Shown here: positions 25,959 to 38,429 of the stretch, one piece after another
Layout: each line of letters begins with the position of its first letter
Position numbering within the stretch: position 1 is the stretch's first letter
From: Eledone cirrhosa
Lineage: Eukaryota
Assembly: GCA_964016885.1 (NCBI GenBank)
Contig: OZ024741.1
Coordinates: 390,352,001 to 390,416,000, forward strand
DNA: 64,000 bases
Direction: 5' to 3'
Position numbers and translations under genes: made by a program
Notes under the pieces: model-generated
The model's input: the letters and a program-made list of their open reading frames with translations, nothing else
Told to the model about the DNA's origin: nothing
Databases searched by the model: none

Positions 25959-27499
25959 CTGAAATAAAGCCCCTTGTTGTACAGCCAACCATGCTACTCT
26001 TCATTCTTTCACTATATATATATTGTTATACTTTGTTTCGACACACGATTTCATATCAAAAACCTCGCAAAACAAATATATATATATATATGCGTATATA
26101 CACATATACACAAATATTTATTTATATAAGCTATATTCATCGCTTCCCTACGGCAAGGCTTCTTGAGCTACATTTTCAAGAGAGTCCTGTCCCTTCTGCC
26201 ACTAGCACCACTATTAGTAGTTTATTCTGAATATCTAAATGTTTTGAAGACCTTAGAGTAGTACTTGAAGAAGATATTGGCAGCAATTGTTCGCAGGTTC
26301 AGTCATGCGATGGCATAAATGTTTCCCCGTTGACTCGGGGCCTTTCGCTACAATTATTACAACTAATATTACTCCAGCTGCTGTTGTTGTTGTTGTTTTC
26401 ATTATTACAGTCAATCCTATAATTTTTATTTATCACAGAAGGCGACACATATGTAGTTATCTATGTAACATATATTGAACTATATCAGACGATAATGTAT
26501 GAATATTTGTTATCTATGTAACATATATTGAACTATATCAGACGATAATGTATGAATATTTGTTTATGTGCATGTATATGTGGGTGGGTGTGATTGATTG
26601 CGTAATGAATACATTTATACATTCATACAAAAACTTACAGATACATAGATAGAGCCTCAGCAATTTCTGCCATTGTGTAACTCATTGATTTAGCTTACAA
26701 CACTTATGCAACCATCCATATTCATAGATGTTGAGTAAGATAACTTAATAGTATTTCTGTTTAATATCTTATGGTATCTATGTAACTGCGGGAAATGCTT
26801 GTCAATCAGGTTAAAGAATATGAAGGTTAGTCTAGACTTAATTGCAGAACACTGGATTGTACCCCAGGTATGTTCTGGTTCTAGTTTGTTTTGTGATGTT
26901 ATTCTTTGGGGGAGGGGGTTTCTTGGGGATTATGAGAAATCTTACCTTTCTGCTGTTCACTATTATTTGGCCTGTGACGAGAGTATTTATAACTATTTTT
27001 AAAATACGGGTTTCTTCTCATCCGGTGATGTGTAACATATCTACTTCACTTGCTTTCATCTATATATTCTACCCCCCTCCTATGCGCTGCCTTCCATAAT
27101 GTATCGTTATATTACTCGACGTATTCATTAAATATTTCTAGATAGGTGGGATATTCTAAGTCAAAGGTTCTCAACCCATTTCGGCCAAATGCCCCCTTTT
27201 TCCCCTCGAAATCACGAAACGCCCCCCCCCCCCCCCCCCACACACCCTATTTTTCCTTTTTTTCAATATACTACTGATTTTGATATCAGTAGATTACTGG
27301 GCCAAATCAAGTTATGTTAGAATCTTTAAAAAATACTCGTACGAATTAAATACGAAAAAGTTTCAGTCCAAAACAAAAGCAAGCTATTTCAAATTATATA
27401 TTTTTGAAAAATAGACGCTACCATAAAAATAATGAGAACCTCAGTTGAGATTCAGAATCACATCCAAGAAGTTAGCTTTTTTAAAATTATGTCCAAGTG

Positions 27500-28490
27500 T
27501 TATTTTCAGGCCTATTCTATCGAAAAAAGATCTAATTTATTTACGGATTCTCTCTAATTTCTGACAATTAATAGAAGAGCGTCATCTTTATAAATTTCTC
27601 CTAGATGGTTATCAAATTACCTATGGATATTATCGGCTATGTACATACCTAGTACTTCCATCACCTGCACTGAGTCACTGGAGCCCATAGTGATATCAAA
27701 GCCATCTATTATATCCTTGCATACTCAGTATTCATCCCCAAATGGAATAACTGATCGTCTAGCTGTTATTATTATACTAATTTCTTCTTTGGTCTAAGTT
27801 TTTTCCTAGCGAAAGTGAGAGCCTTAAGGAGAACAGGGGTTATAGAAAGGTAGTACTCATTTATATCAAATTGTATAAATGTAAAAATCTTCCTGTTTTC
27901 TATCCTACCAAACCAATTTATGACCTCGCCAGTATTACACCATAATTTGATCACTAATATATTTTTCCTTTGAGCTATAATTCTATCTAGAATATGCTTA
28001 CTTATTCAGCCCAATGGCATATTAGCCAAATGGAGGGGATAGAATCAAAGTCACTTTCGTGGTCCTTAAGACTGAATGTAGGCCGAATAAGTAAGCATAT
28101 TTTAGATACAATTATAGCTCAAAAGAAAAATAGATTAGTGATTAATGTTTCGGAGTTATTGTTCCTTATCGAGACTGTGTACCCTTGTCACTGCTACCTG
28201 CTGGGAATACATAGTATTCTCAAAGGTATACATTGGCAGATTAGCCTCATTTGCATAACGAGCAATTTTATGGCTTGCTTTGCCGAAAATTAAAAACAAA
28301 ATTTGTTTTTGCTCTAGCATGGTGGATACCTGAATGTATCCGTGAGTGAATAATAATAATATTATGCAAATTAGGCTGATCACACCTGATGTACACCTTT
28401 GAGAATACTATGTATTGTCAGCAGCGATAAGGATACACAGTCTTCATAAGGAGCAATAACTCCGAAACAATTGTTGACTGTTTTCTCTCA
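27500..28490 (-). mobile_element. Degenerate Naiad-like Penelope RT fragment with nested inversions
   Basis: LWCNTGEVINWF..FIQFDI.EYY.SIT..LL.AL.FA and FDITMGS.DS are homologous to the 38430-40165 ORF. Inverted pairs at ~27950-28005/28088-28143 and ~28146-28260/28360-28468. Confidence 0.65.
28437..28481 (+). ncRNA. Degenerate minimal hammerhead
   Basis: ACAGTC-TTCATAA (mutated core)-GGAGcaataaCTCC-GAAA-CAATTG-TT^GACTGT; all three helices intact. Confidence 0.55.
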
Positions 28491-28577
28491 GCTACCGCTG
28501 GAACAAAAGGATGACGTCATTTAGAAAACACACATTGTGTTTCTGGGGCTGTTTGCTTGCAAGCACACTGAATATTA

Positions 28578-28772
28578 ATAATTGTTTCTACTTTTTGGCA
28601 CAAGGCCAGCAATTAACCAGTGTATTACTGGTACTTTATTTTATCGACCCTATAAGGATGACAGGTAAAGTTAACCTCGGCGGGATTCAAACTCAGAATA
28701 GCAAGGGCCGTAACTCTTTGCGTCAAAGCATGGCGTCCGACCCTCTACCAATACTGCCAATCCACCGCCATA
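28578..28772 (-). mobile_element. tRNA-derived SINE
   Basis: Same core as the 12344 and 22887 copies, with A-box-like TGGCGGTGGATTGG and B-box GAGTTTGAATCCC. Confidence 0.75.
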
Positions 28773-28860
28773 CACTGAATATTAATAATACTCTATTATT
28801 ATTATTATTCACTCACGAATACATATATATATATATATACATATTTATATATATGTATAC

Positions 28861-29026
28861 ATGTGGTTGGTGTTAGGAAGGGCATCCAGCTGTAAAAAAA
28901 ACCTGCCATAGACACTTCCGTACAAGCGAGACACGGTCTACCGACCATTCCCGCATCAAATGGAACAAAACCGTCTAACCCATGCTTGCGTGGAAGATGG
29001 ACATTAAACAATGATGATGATGATGA

Positions 29027-29030
<4 letters not shown>
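28861..29030 (+). mobile_element. RTE 3'-tail fragment with (GAT)n
   Basis: GTGGTTGGTGTTAGGAAGGGCATCCAGCTGT...AACCCATGC..GTGGAA..GGAC.TTAAAC(GAT)n matches 36297-36456. Confidence 0.8.
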
Positions 29031-29101
<71 letters not shown>

Positions 29102-29649
29102 TATTCATATACCTGTATACAATGAGGACTGAGCACTTTTTTTGTGGTATCATCAACACGATCACAGTAGTGTGGACTTTGGTGGGGGATTAAAATGCTT
29201 TCGTGAATGGTGGGGTGATTAAGACGCTTGTGGAGTGATAGAGTGTGGGAGGTGGCTGCGGGAGGGGTAGGGGTTAAGTGCTGCATACTAGATGTATGCT
29301 TCAACCCATGTGCATGGGAATGAGTTCTTCTGTATTACGGCATAAGGCCAAAGATCTCAATCCTGTATCATTTTTGAGAGATGCAATTATGTAAGGTCAG
29401 TTTTATTACCTTCTTTCAAATTTGATTGCCCTACATCTTTTTATACAGCTGTCATCCTTCATAGATATCATATATCCATACAAATGCAATCTCCTCCCTT
29501 GTACACTGCATCTGATCCCTCTTATGCCCTGTTTCTCTCACAGTTCATTTATGCTTTGCTGTTCATGTATATTACTATTACACATCTATTGGCATGTACA
29601 TACATCATCAGTTAGTAATTTTTGTTATATATATATATATATATATAAG

Positions 29650-29839
29650 CTATTCCGGGTTGAATCGGAGGTAACCACAGTAAGTGAGGTACTCAATACA
29701 TAGCAGAGTATAAAAGTTTTAATATAGAAGAGCTTCTATGGGACTAGAATTGTTTCATTCGTGATCATCAGGGAGCCCCTGATGATTTCTCACGAATGAA
29801 ACAGTTTTAGTCCTGTAGAAGTTCTTCTATATTAAAACT
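29650..29839. mobile_element. Small fold-back element with two back-to-back hammerhead cores
   Basis: Palindrome 29715-29839 centred on TCATCAGGG-AGC-CCCTGATGA; CTGATGA..GAATGAAAC occurs on both strands. Confidence 0.65.
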
Positions 29840-29874
29840 ATATATATATATGTGTGTATATATATATATATGTA

Positions 29875-29934
<60 letters not shown>

Positions 29935-29952
29935 TATATATGTACATATATA

Positions 29953-30012
<60 letters not shown>

Positions 30013-30090
30013 TATATATGTACATATATATATATATATATATATATAAGTATATATGTACATATATATATATATATATATATATAAGTA

Positions 30091-30136
<46 letters not shown>

Positions 30137-30346
30137 TAAACGGAATAGAAAATGCTGACAAATTGTTCACAGTTGAAAAATGGTTTAATTAGGAATAAAA
30201 GAGTATTAGTTATTGTATGGGTTAGTATTCAGTTGTGGTTTTAAGTTTTTAAGTTTTTACCGGTTGCGCATTTCTAAATGCTTTTCGAAAATAATTTTGA
30301 GATAGAGTGTCCGTGGTGTTTGCTCAGATCAGAGCAAACAGCACGG

Positions 30347-32690
30347 ACAAACCTCTCCCCCCCCCTCTCTCTCTATATATATATAAGATAGAAATCACTT
30401 CGCCAAATGTCATTGCATTGCTGTCTCTCCACGATAATCATGTAACGTAATGTACATATTTTTCTTTCATCTCTACCCCCACACTCCTATTTCGTATCAA
30501 GTCCAAATAGCCAATCTATTGCTAAAATCTGCATTTTTTGTTATCATTAATTGTTAGATACGAGAGTTTTTGTCGTATTGAACAGAACAAATATTGTATT
30601 TTTGTTAATCGCTTGTTAAATACAAGGACCTCATTCAATCATTACCTTCAATCCTTTCCTATCTCTTCTCCTTCTTATAAATTCCTTAATTCCTTAATTC
30701 TAGCGTATTTTCAAAACAAAACAAAATCCTTTTCCTTCTTTCGAAACTCTAAACTCCCGCTTCTACTAGCCCTCGACCCCCCTCCCTCTACTTCACGAGG
30801 GCATGGCGGTCAACCGCCCCAATACCTACATCATGCGGCCAAACCTCTCCCCCCTCTCTCTCTCTCTCTCTCTTAGCTCTATATATATATATATATATAA
30901 GATAGAAATCACTTCGCCAAATTTCATTGCATTGCTGTCCCACCACGATAATCATGTAACGTAATGTACATATTTTTCTTCCATCTCTACCTCCACACTC
31001 CTATTTCGTATCAAGTCCAAATAGCCAATCTATTGCTAAAACAATCTGCATTTTTTGTTATCATTAATTGTTAGATACGAGAGTTTTTGTCGTATTGAAC
31101 AGAACAAATCTTGTATTTTTGTTAATCGCTTGTTAAATACAAGAACCTCATTCAATCATTACCTTCAATCCTTTTCTATCTCTTCTCCTTCTTATAAATT
31201 CCTTAATTCCTTAATTCTAGCGTATTTTTAAAACAAAACAAAATCGTTTTCCTTCTTTACAAAATCTAAACTCCCGCTTCTACTAGCCCTCGACCCCCCT
31301 CCCTCTACTTCACGAGGGCATGGCGGTCAACCGCCCCAATACCTACATCATGCGGTCAAACCTCCCCCCCCCCTTTCTCTCTCTCTCTTAGCTCTCTCTC
31401 TATATATATATAAGATAGAAATCACTTCGCCAAATTTCATTGCATTGCTGTCCCACCACGATAATCATGTAACGTAATGTACATATTTTTCTTTCATCTC
31501 TACCTCCACACTCCTATTTCGTATCAAGTCCAAATAGTCAATCTATTGCTAAAACAATCTGCATTTTTTGTTAGCATTAATTGTTAGATACGAGAGTTTT
31601 TGTCGTATTGAACAGAACAAATCTTGTATTTTTGTTAATCGCTTGTTAAATACAAGGACCTCATTCAATCATTACCTTCAATCCTTTCCTATCTCTTCTC
31701 CTTCTTATAAATTCCTTAATTCTAGCGTATTTTTAAAACAAAACAAAATCCTTTTCCTTCTTTCGAAACTCTAAACTCCCGCTTCTACTAGCCCTCGACC
31801 TCTCCCTCTACTTCACGAGGGCATGGCGGTCAACCGCCCCAATACCTACATCATGCGGCCAAACCTCCCCCTCTCTCTCTCTCGCTCTTAGCTCTCTATA
31901 TATATATAAGATAGAAACCACTTCGCCAAATTTCATTGCATTGCTGTCCCACCACGATAATCATGTAACGTAATGTACATATTTTTCTTCCATCTCTACC
32001 TCAACACTCCTATTTCGTATCAAGTCCAAATAGCCAATCTATTGCTAAAACAATCTGCATTTTTTGTTATCATTGTTAGATACGAGAGTTTTTGCGGTAT
32101 TGAACAGTACAAATCTTGTATTTTTGTTAATCGCTTGTTAAATACAAGGACCTCATTCAATCATTACCTTCAATCCTTTCCTATCTCTTCACCTTCTTAT
32201 AAATTCCTTAATTCCTTAATTCTAGCGTATTTTCAAAACAAAACAAAATCCTTTTCCTTCTTTCGAAACTCTAAACTCCCGCTTCTACTAGCCCTCGACC
32301 CCCCTCCCTCTACTTCACGAGGGCATGGCGGTCAACCGCCCCAATACCTACATCATGCGGCCAAACCTCTCCCCCCTCTCTCTCTCTCTCTCTCTTAGCT
32401 CTATATATATATATATATATAAGATAGAAATCACTTCGCCAAATTTCATTGCATTGCTGTCCCACCACGATAATCATGTAACGTAATGTACATATTTTTC
32501 TTTCATCTCTACCTCCACACTCCTATTTCGTATCAAGTCCAAATAGTCAATCTATTGCTAAAACAATCTGCATTTTTTGTTAGCATTAATTGTTAGATAC
32601 GAGAGTTTTTGTCGTATTGAACAGAACAAATATTGTATTTTTGTTAATCGCTTGTTAAATACAAGGACCTCATTCAATCATTACCTTCAA
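30347..32690. repeat. Tandem array, ~510-bp unit x ~4.6
   Basis: AAGATAGAAA anchor at 30385, 30899, 31412, 31908 and 32421 (periods 514, 513, 496, 513). Confidence 0.92.
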
Positions 32691-35600
32691 GCTAGCTACC
32701 CCCCCCCCCCCCCGCACCACCATTGTTATTACGTGGAGGAATCATAAGCCAGAGCCCCCACGCATCACCAGTATTATTATTACGCGGACCAATCATAAGT
32801 CAGAGGCCTATACTATCGCTTGCCTGGTTGCCTTTCGATATATGATGGATGGATGGACTGCGGAATCCTGGAGAGTGGAGGAGAGAGAGACAAATCTGGA
32901 CGCTCAGCGAAAATGCCAAAGATAAAGACAAATTCACCTCGTGGACGAGAATGCGAGAACTCCTCATTGTTTCGACCGCGGACGGCTAACATAACCCCAT
33001 CGCCCCCCGCCCCCACCGCCCCCAACCCCCAAACGCAATCCAAAACTTCAGAGTTGGTACCATAAATGTAGGCACCTTAAAGGGTCGCGCTAACGAGGTT
33101 GTAGAAATGCTTGAACGTAAGGAGGTCGATGTTTGTTGTATTCAAGAGACCAGATGGAGGGGTGGGTCTGCTAGATTCATTGAGGGTAAAAAACGATGTT
33201 ATAAGCTTTTCTGGGCGGGAAACGACGATGGGCTGGGTGGAGTAGGAATCATGGTAGCAGAAAAGTGGGCAGATAAGATAATAGACGTAAATAGAGTGAA
33301 CGACAGAATAATTAAAATAAGACTTGTCCTCAATAGAACTACGGTGACACTAATATCTGCATACGCACCCCAATCCGGACTGCCCGGCACTATAAAAGAC
33401 AGATTCTATGAGACACTGATGCTCACTACCTCCCAAATAACCGACAGTGACTATATAATTATCGCAGGCGACCTAAATGGTCACGTTGGACAACATTGTG
33501 ACGGCTACGACGAAATCCATGGAGGCTATGGGTTTGGTACTAGAAATGAGGAAGGCTCCAGAATCCTGGAATTCTGTGACGCAAATAACCTAACTATCTG
33601 TAACACTAACTTCAAAAAACGTGACAATCACCTGATCACCTATAGATCCGGGGAACACACAAGCCAGGTAGATTATATCCTTACCAGAAGACGTGACAGA
33701 GTGTCTGTTGTAAACACTAAATCCCTCCCCCATGAAGAATGCACCTCCCAACATAGACTGATAATTAGCGACCTCATAGTCAGGACGAGACGTACTCGAC
33801 AGCAGAAGAGGACTATCCTCAGGAGAAAAATATGGAAGCCAAAGGACCCCACAGCCAGAAATAAATTTCAAAGCATATTACTTGATGCTTTCGACAGTAA
33901 GGAAGAGCATTTAGAGTCGGACAATATAGAGGGACAGTGGGAATTTCTGAAAGCAAACCTGCTGATGGCGACAGACGAAGTCTGTGGCTGGAGCAGGCCT
34001 GTAGGCAGGAGGAGAGTAACATGGTGGTGGAACAGTAGGGTGGAGGGGTCAATTAAGGCCAAAAAGCGGGATGGGGGAAGTAGAGAAGACTATCAAGTGG
34101 CCAGGAGGGAGGCTAGGAGACAAGTGTACTTCGCAAGAAGGGAAGCAGAGGAAAGAAAGTTCAAGCATGTTCTACAACGCGAGGACCAAAAACGTGAGGT
34201 GTTCAGGATTGCTAGGCAATGTGTCAAGGAAAACCGTGTTATTGTCGGGGAGAAGTGTGTACTTAATGATGATGGCGTACTTGCCATCACTGACACTGAT
34301 AAGAAGGTAGCTTGGAAGTGTCACTATGAAAGGCTACTAAATGAGGAGAATAAATGGGAGAAAGACAGTCTCCCCCACATCGACCCGATAGAGGGACCAG
34401 CAGTGTTAGTCGAAGGTAGTATAATAAGTAAGGCAATCAAGGATATGAAGACGGGTAAGGCGGCTGGGCCTTCGGAAATAGTTGCTGAGATGCTGAAGGC
34501 ATCTGGCACGGTGGGACACACCATGGTCACCCGCATAGTTAACCAAGTCGTACAGAATGGGGTTGATCCGAAGGACTGGCATAGCAGCATCATCGTTAAC
34601 TGTTATAAGGGTAAAGGAGACGCCCTAGATAGGAGTAACTATAGAGGCATTAAATTAATCGACCAGGTCATGAAGGTCACGGAAATAGTAATAGCGCAAC
34701 TAATCAGAGAGAGAATTGACCTAGATGAAATGCAGTTCGGGTTTGTGTCAGGCAAAAGTACCACAGACGCTCTTTTCATTGTACGACAACTACAGGAGAA
34801 GTACCTAGCTAAAGGTAAACCCCTCTACTTAGCTTTTGTCGACTTGGAGAAAGCCTTCGACAGAGTCCCCCACTCCATTATCTGGTGGGCTCTTAGAAAA
34901 CTAGGTGTCGACGAATGGCTTGTGAGAGCTATACAAGCCATGTATAAAGAAACAGTCAGTAAGGTTAGAATTAACAACGAATATAGTGAAGAGTTAAGCG
35001 TAAAAGTTGGCGTCCATCAGGGCTCTGTTCTCAGCCACCTACTATTTATTATTGCCCTTCAGGCTATAACAGGAGTTCAAGACCGGCTGCCCATGGGAAC
35101 TCCTATACGCAGACGACCTGACACTCATAGCTGAATCAATGGCCGAGCTAGAGAAGAAATTCCAAACATGGAAGCACGGCCTAGAATCAAAAGGCCTTAA
35201 AATTAACCTGGCTAAGACTAAAGTTCTAGTTTGTAGGAAAGAAAATAAGGCGGCGGTCCCTTCCGGGAAATGGCCATGCTCAGTGTGTAGGAAAGGCGTA
35301 GGTAGAAACTCCATTTTATGTCCCAAATGCAAAGTATGGGTGCATAAAAGATGTAGTGGGATCACAGGTAAGCTAACTAAGAACTTAGATTTTACATGTG
35401 GGCGGTGCTCTGGTGCAATAAGTAGCAGCGAGTGCCCACAAAATACTAACTCTTTCAATTGCGCAGAGGGCTCTATAGAAATAGTGGACAGCTTCCGTTA
35501 CCTGGGTGACAAAATCAGCAGTGGGGGAGGGTGCTCCGAAAGTGCAGTAGCTAGAGTCAGAACTGGATGGAAAAAGTTCAGAGAGCTTATACCACTATTA

Positions 35601-36456
35601 GCTGCTAAAGGGTTCTCCCTAAAAATGAAAGGCAGGTTGTATGATGCTTGCATACGAACAGCAATGTTGCATGGCAGTGAGACCTGGGCATTGTGCGCAG
35701 AGGATATACGCAGACTAGAGAGGAACGAAGCTTGCATGCTCCGCTGGATGTGTAATAGTTCTTTTATGCTTTGCCGTTCACGTATATTACTAAGGAAAAA
35801 ATTAGAAATAAGAGGGATCAGATGTTGTTTACTCGAGAGAAGGCTACGTTGGTACGGACACGTGATGCGCATGAAAGTCGATAGCTGTATAACAAAGTGC
35901 AGGGCAATAAAGATAGACGGTAGCCACGGAATAGGCAGACCTAGAAAATCCTGGGACGAGCTGATAAACTCCGACCTCACACACTTACACCTCTCCAAGA
36001 CAATGTCACTGGACCGAGACCTTTGGCGGTACTCAGTAATAGAGAAGACCCGCCTTACCTAAATACATAGTAAAACCTAATACAGCCAGTAGGCATCTCT
36101 AACAAAATACACCCCCGTCCCACCACCCACACCCCCATCCACACCACCCCCTCCTATGTAAAGTTATGTTGGTGCCACAACATCCAGGCCGAAACAAATG
36201 AGATCGTGTAGGTGTCACGACAAAAAAACACACAGTCCACGCTGTAATGTGGCCGTGTAGGCAACACGGTAAAAACCTCCCAGTCCCACACTGTAAATGT
36301 GGTTGGTGTTAGGAAGGGTATCCAACTGTAGAAAACCTGCCAGACAGTCCTATGCGAGCAAGACAATCACTATTGCCTCAAGTGGGAATACCCCCGTCCA
36401 AACCCATGCAAGCGTGGAACACGGACGTTAAACGTTGATGATGATGATGATGATGA
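32691..36456 (+). mobile_element. RTE-clade LINE, near full length, one frameshift in RT, (GAT)n tail
   Basis: APE (GTINVGTL, CIQETRW, SAYAPQ, GDLNGHVG, QVDY), RT (FVDLEKAFD, GVHQG, YADDL after the shift near 35070), PHD-like finger and 3'UTR. Confidence 0.93.
33044..36062 (+). pseudogene. RTE APE-RT-PHD polyprotein (frameshifted)
   Basis: ORFs 33107..35134 and 35139..36062; CSVC..CPKC.VWVHKRC..CGRC is a C4HC3 pattern. Confidence 0.9.
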
Positions 36457-36495
36457 TTATATATATATATATGTGTGTATATATATATATATATA

Positions 36496-36575
<80 letters not shown>

Positions 36576-36576
<1 letters not shown>

Positions 36577-36909
36577 GCAAAGTTTTATTTAAATTGTTGG
36601 GTTACAACGAGTAAATATTTATAACTGATATAAAAGCACTCAACAAGTATTTGGAGTATATTTACGATATTAAATAAATGGAAACTATATTTATAAAACC
36701 ATATTTATTTCATTATATATATTTCTGGGATATCATATTAAAAATATGGTATGCCTTCTTCAGACAAAATACAATATAAACAGTCTTATAAATAGATAGA
36801 TTTGACATACCTTACAACTTCAACTTCCATTTAAAAACTACCAAATCCACTTTTTAAATGGAAGTTGAAGTTGTAAGGTATGTCAAATCTATCTATTTAT
36901 AAGACTGTT

Positions 36910-36912
<3 letters not shown>
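36576..36912 (-). mobile_element. Second copy of the fold-back hammerhead element
   Basis: Reverse complement of ~20345-20610, plus a short inverted arm 36850-36912. Confidence 0.78.
36706..36771 (-). ncRNA. Type-I hammerhead
   Basis: rc: TATTTTGT-CTGAAGA-...CATATT..AATATG...-GAAA-TATATA-TA^ATGAAATA. Confidence 0.7.
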
Positions 36913-36948
<36 letters not shown>

Positions 36949-36973
36949 GTTTATATATATATATATATATGTT

Positions 36974-37236
<263 letters not shown>

Positions 37237-37242
37237 TTATAT

Positions 37243-37299
<57 letters not shown>

Positions 37300-37310
37300 T
37301 ATATATATAT

Positions 37311-37430
37311 GTTGATGCCCTAAGGACAGACACTGGTCTGTTGGAGATGCAGGATATGGCAGCGATAATGAGGGACAGAGACCGCTGGAGAGAACTCGTC
37401 CATGGATCTCGGGAATTTTACCCGCCTTAG
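37311..37430 (+). mobile_element. Tiny RTE-like 3' end in (TA)n
   Basis: VDAL..DTGL....[12 protein letters not shown]. Confidence 0.5.
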
Positions 37431-37462
<32 letters not shown>

Positions 37463-37501
37463 AATATATAAGAACAAAAGATGGTTAAAAGAGTTCCATG
37501 T

Positions 37502-37570
37502 ATTTTATTATGCGCATTTCAAAAACAAATATCATCATGTAATAATATTTGTGTTTTCATCAGATAAAAC
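37502..37570 (-). ncRNA. Type-I hammerhead in the PLE 3' pLTR
   Basis: rc: GTTTTAT-CTGATGA-AAACACAAATATTAT..ATGATATTTGTTTTT-GAAA-TGCGCA-TA^ATAAAAT. Confidence 0.8.
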
Positions 37571-38429
37571 ATGAAGACATGATATGAAGGTTAAAAAACA
37601 CTTGTGGATAGTTCAGTTTTAAATCAACATATGAGAAGTAGTTTTAGATTGATATGTGATATTGGGAAAAATATTTTATTTACAGGAGGGGGGTGGAAAG
37701 GATGAAAAAGAGGAGGAGATGAGAGTAAAAAGTGGAGAGGGTAAAGAGTGGAGTATAATGAGGAAGGATGAGATAGGAGGAGAGATGGGTGATAGATAGA
37801 GAGAGATAGCTTTTATAACTGAGAAAGATATATTGTTTTACATAGAGAGGTTGAAAACCGTTGGAAGATAATGAATAAATTAAAAGAATTTGAAAATTAA
37901 CGAAGAGAAAAATAATGTAAAGTTAAGGTTTGTATATTGAGGGGTTTGATAATATGTGCGATGAAAAAAGAAAATGTTAATATGTATTGAGAATAATGTT
38001 TAAGGGTTTAATAATATGTGCGATGTTAAGATGTTGATATGTATTATTAAAAGGAACAGCAGGTTATTTAAGTAAGGAAATATTGTGAGATTAATGAGTT
38101 AGATGAAAGGGAGAAAAGAATAATGAATTGAGGATGAATAATCTAACGTCAAAAAAATGTATATGTTTACGAAGGATTTTTACAAGGTGATATAGAGTAA
38201 GAATGTATTGTATTATGTAATAATTGATTCTATGTTAGGCAAGAGTGAGAAAAGGTACAGATTAGGGGTTAGACATTAAAAGAAGAAGAGAAGAATGATT
38301 AACAAGTATTATAGAATGTATAATAACCTTTGAAATAAGGTAGAAAGATGGGTATATTTTTAAAAGAAGTGTATATATATATATGTGTGCCTTTGAGAAA
38401 AAGATTCTAAATTGATAAAGAATTGAATA

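Noticed and set aside
27162-27450. hAT/Charlie-like end (CAAAGGTTCTCAACC ... GAGAACC)
   Set aside because: Second TIR and 8-bp TSD could not be established.
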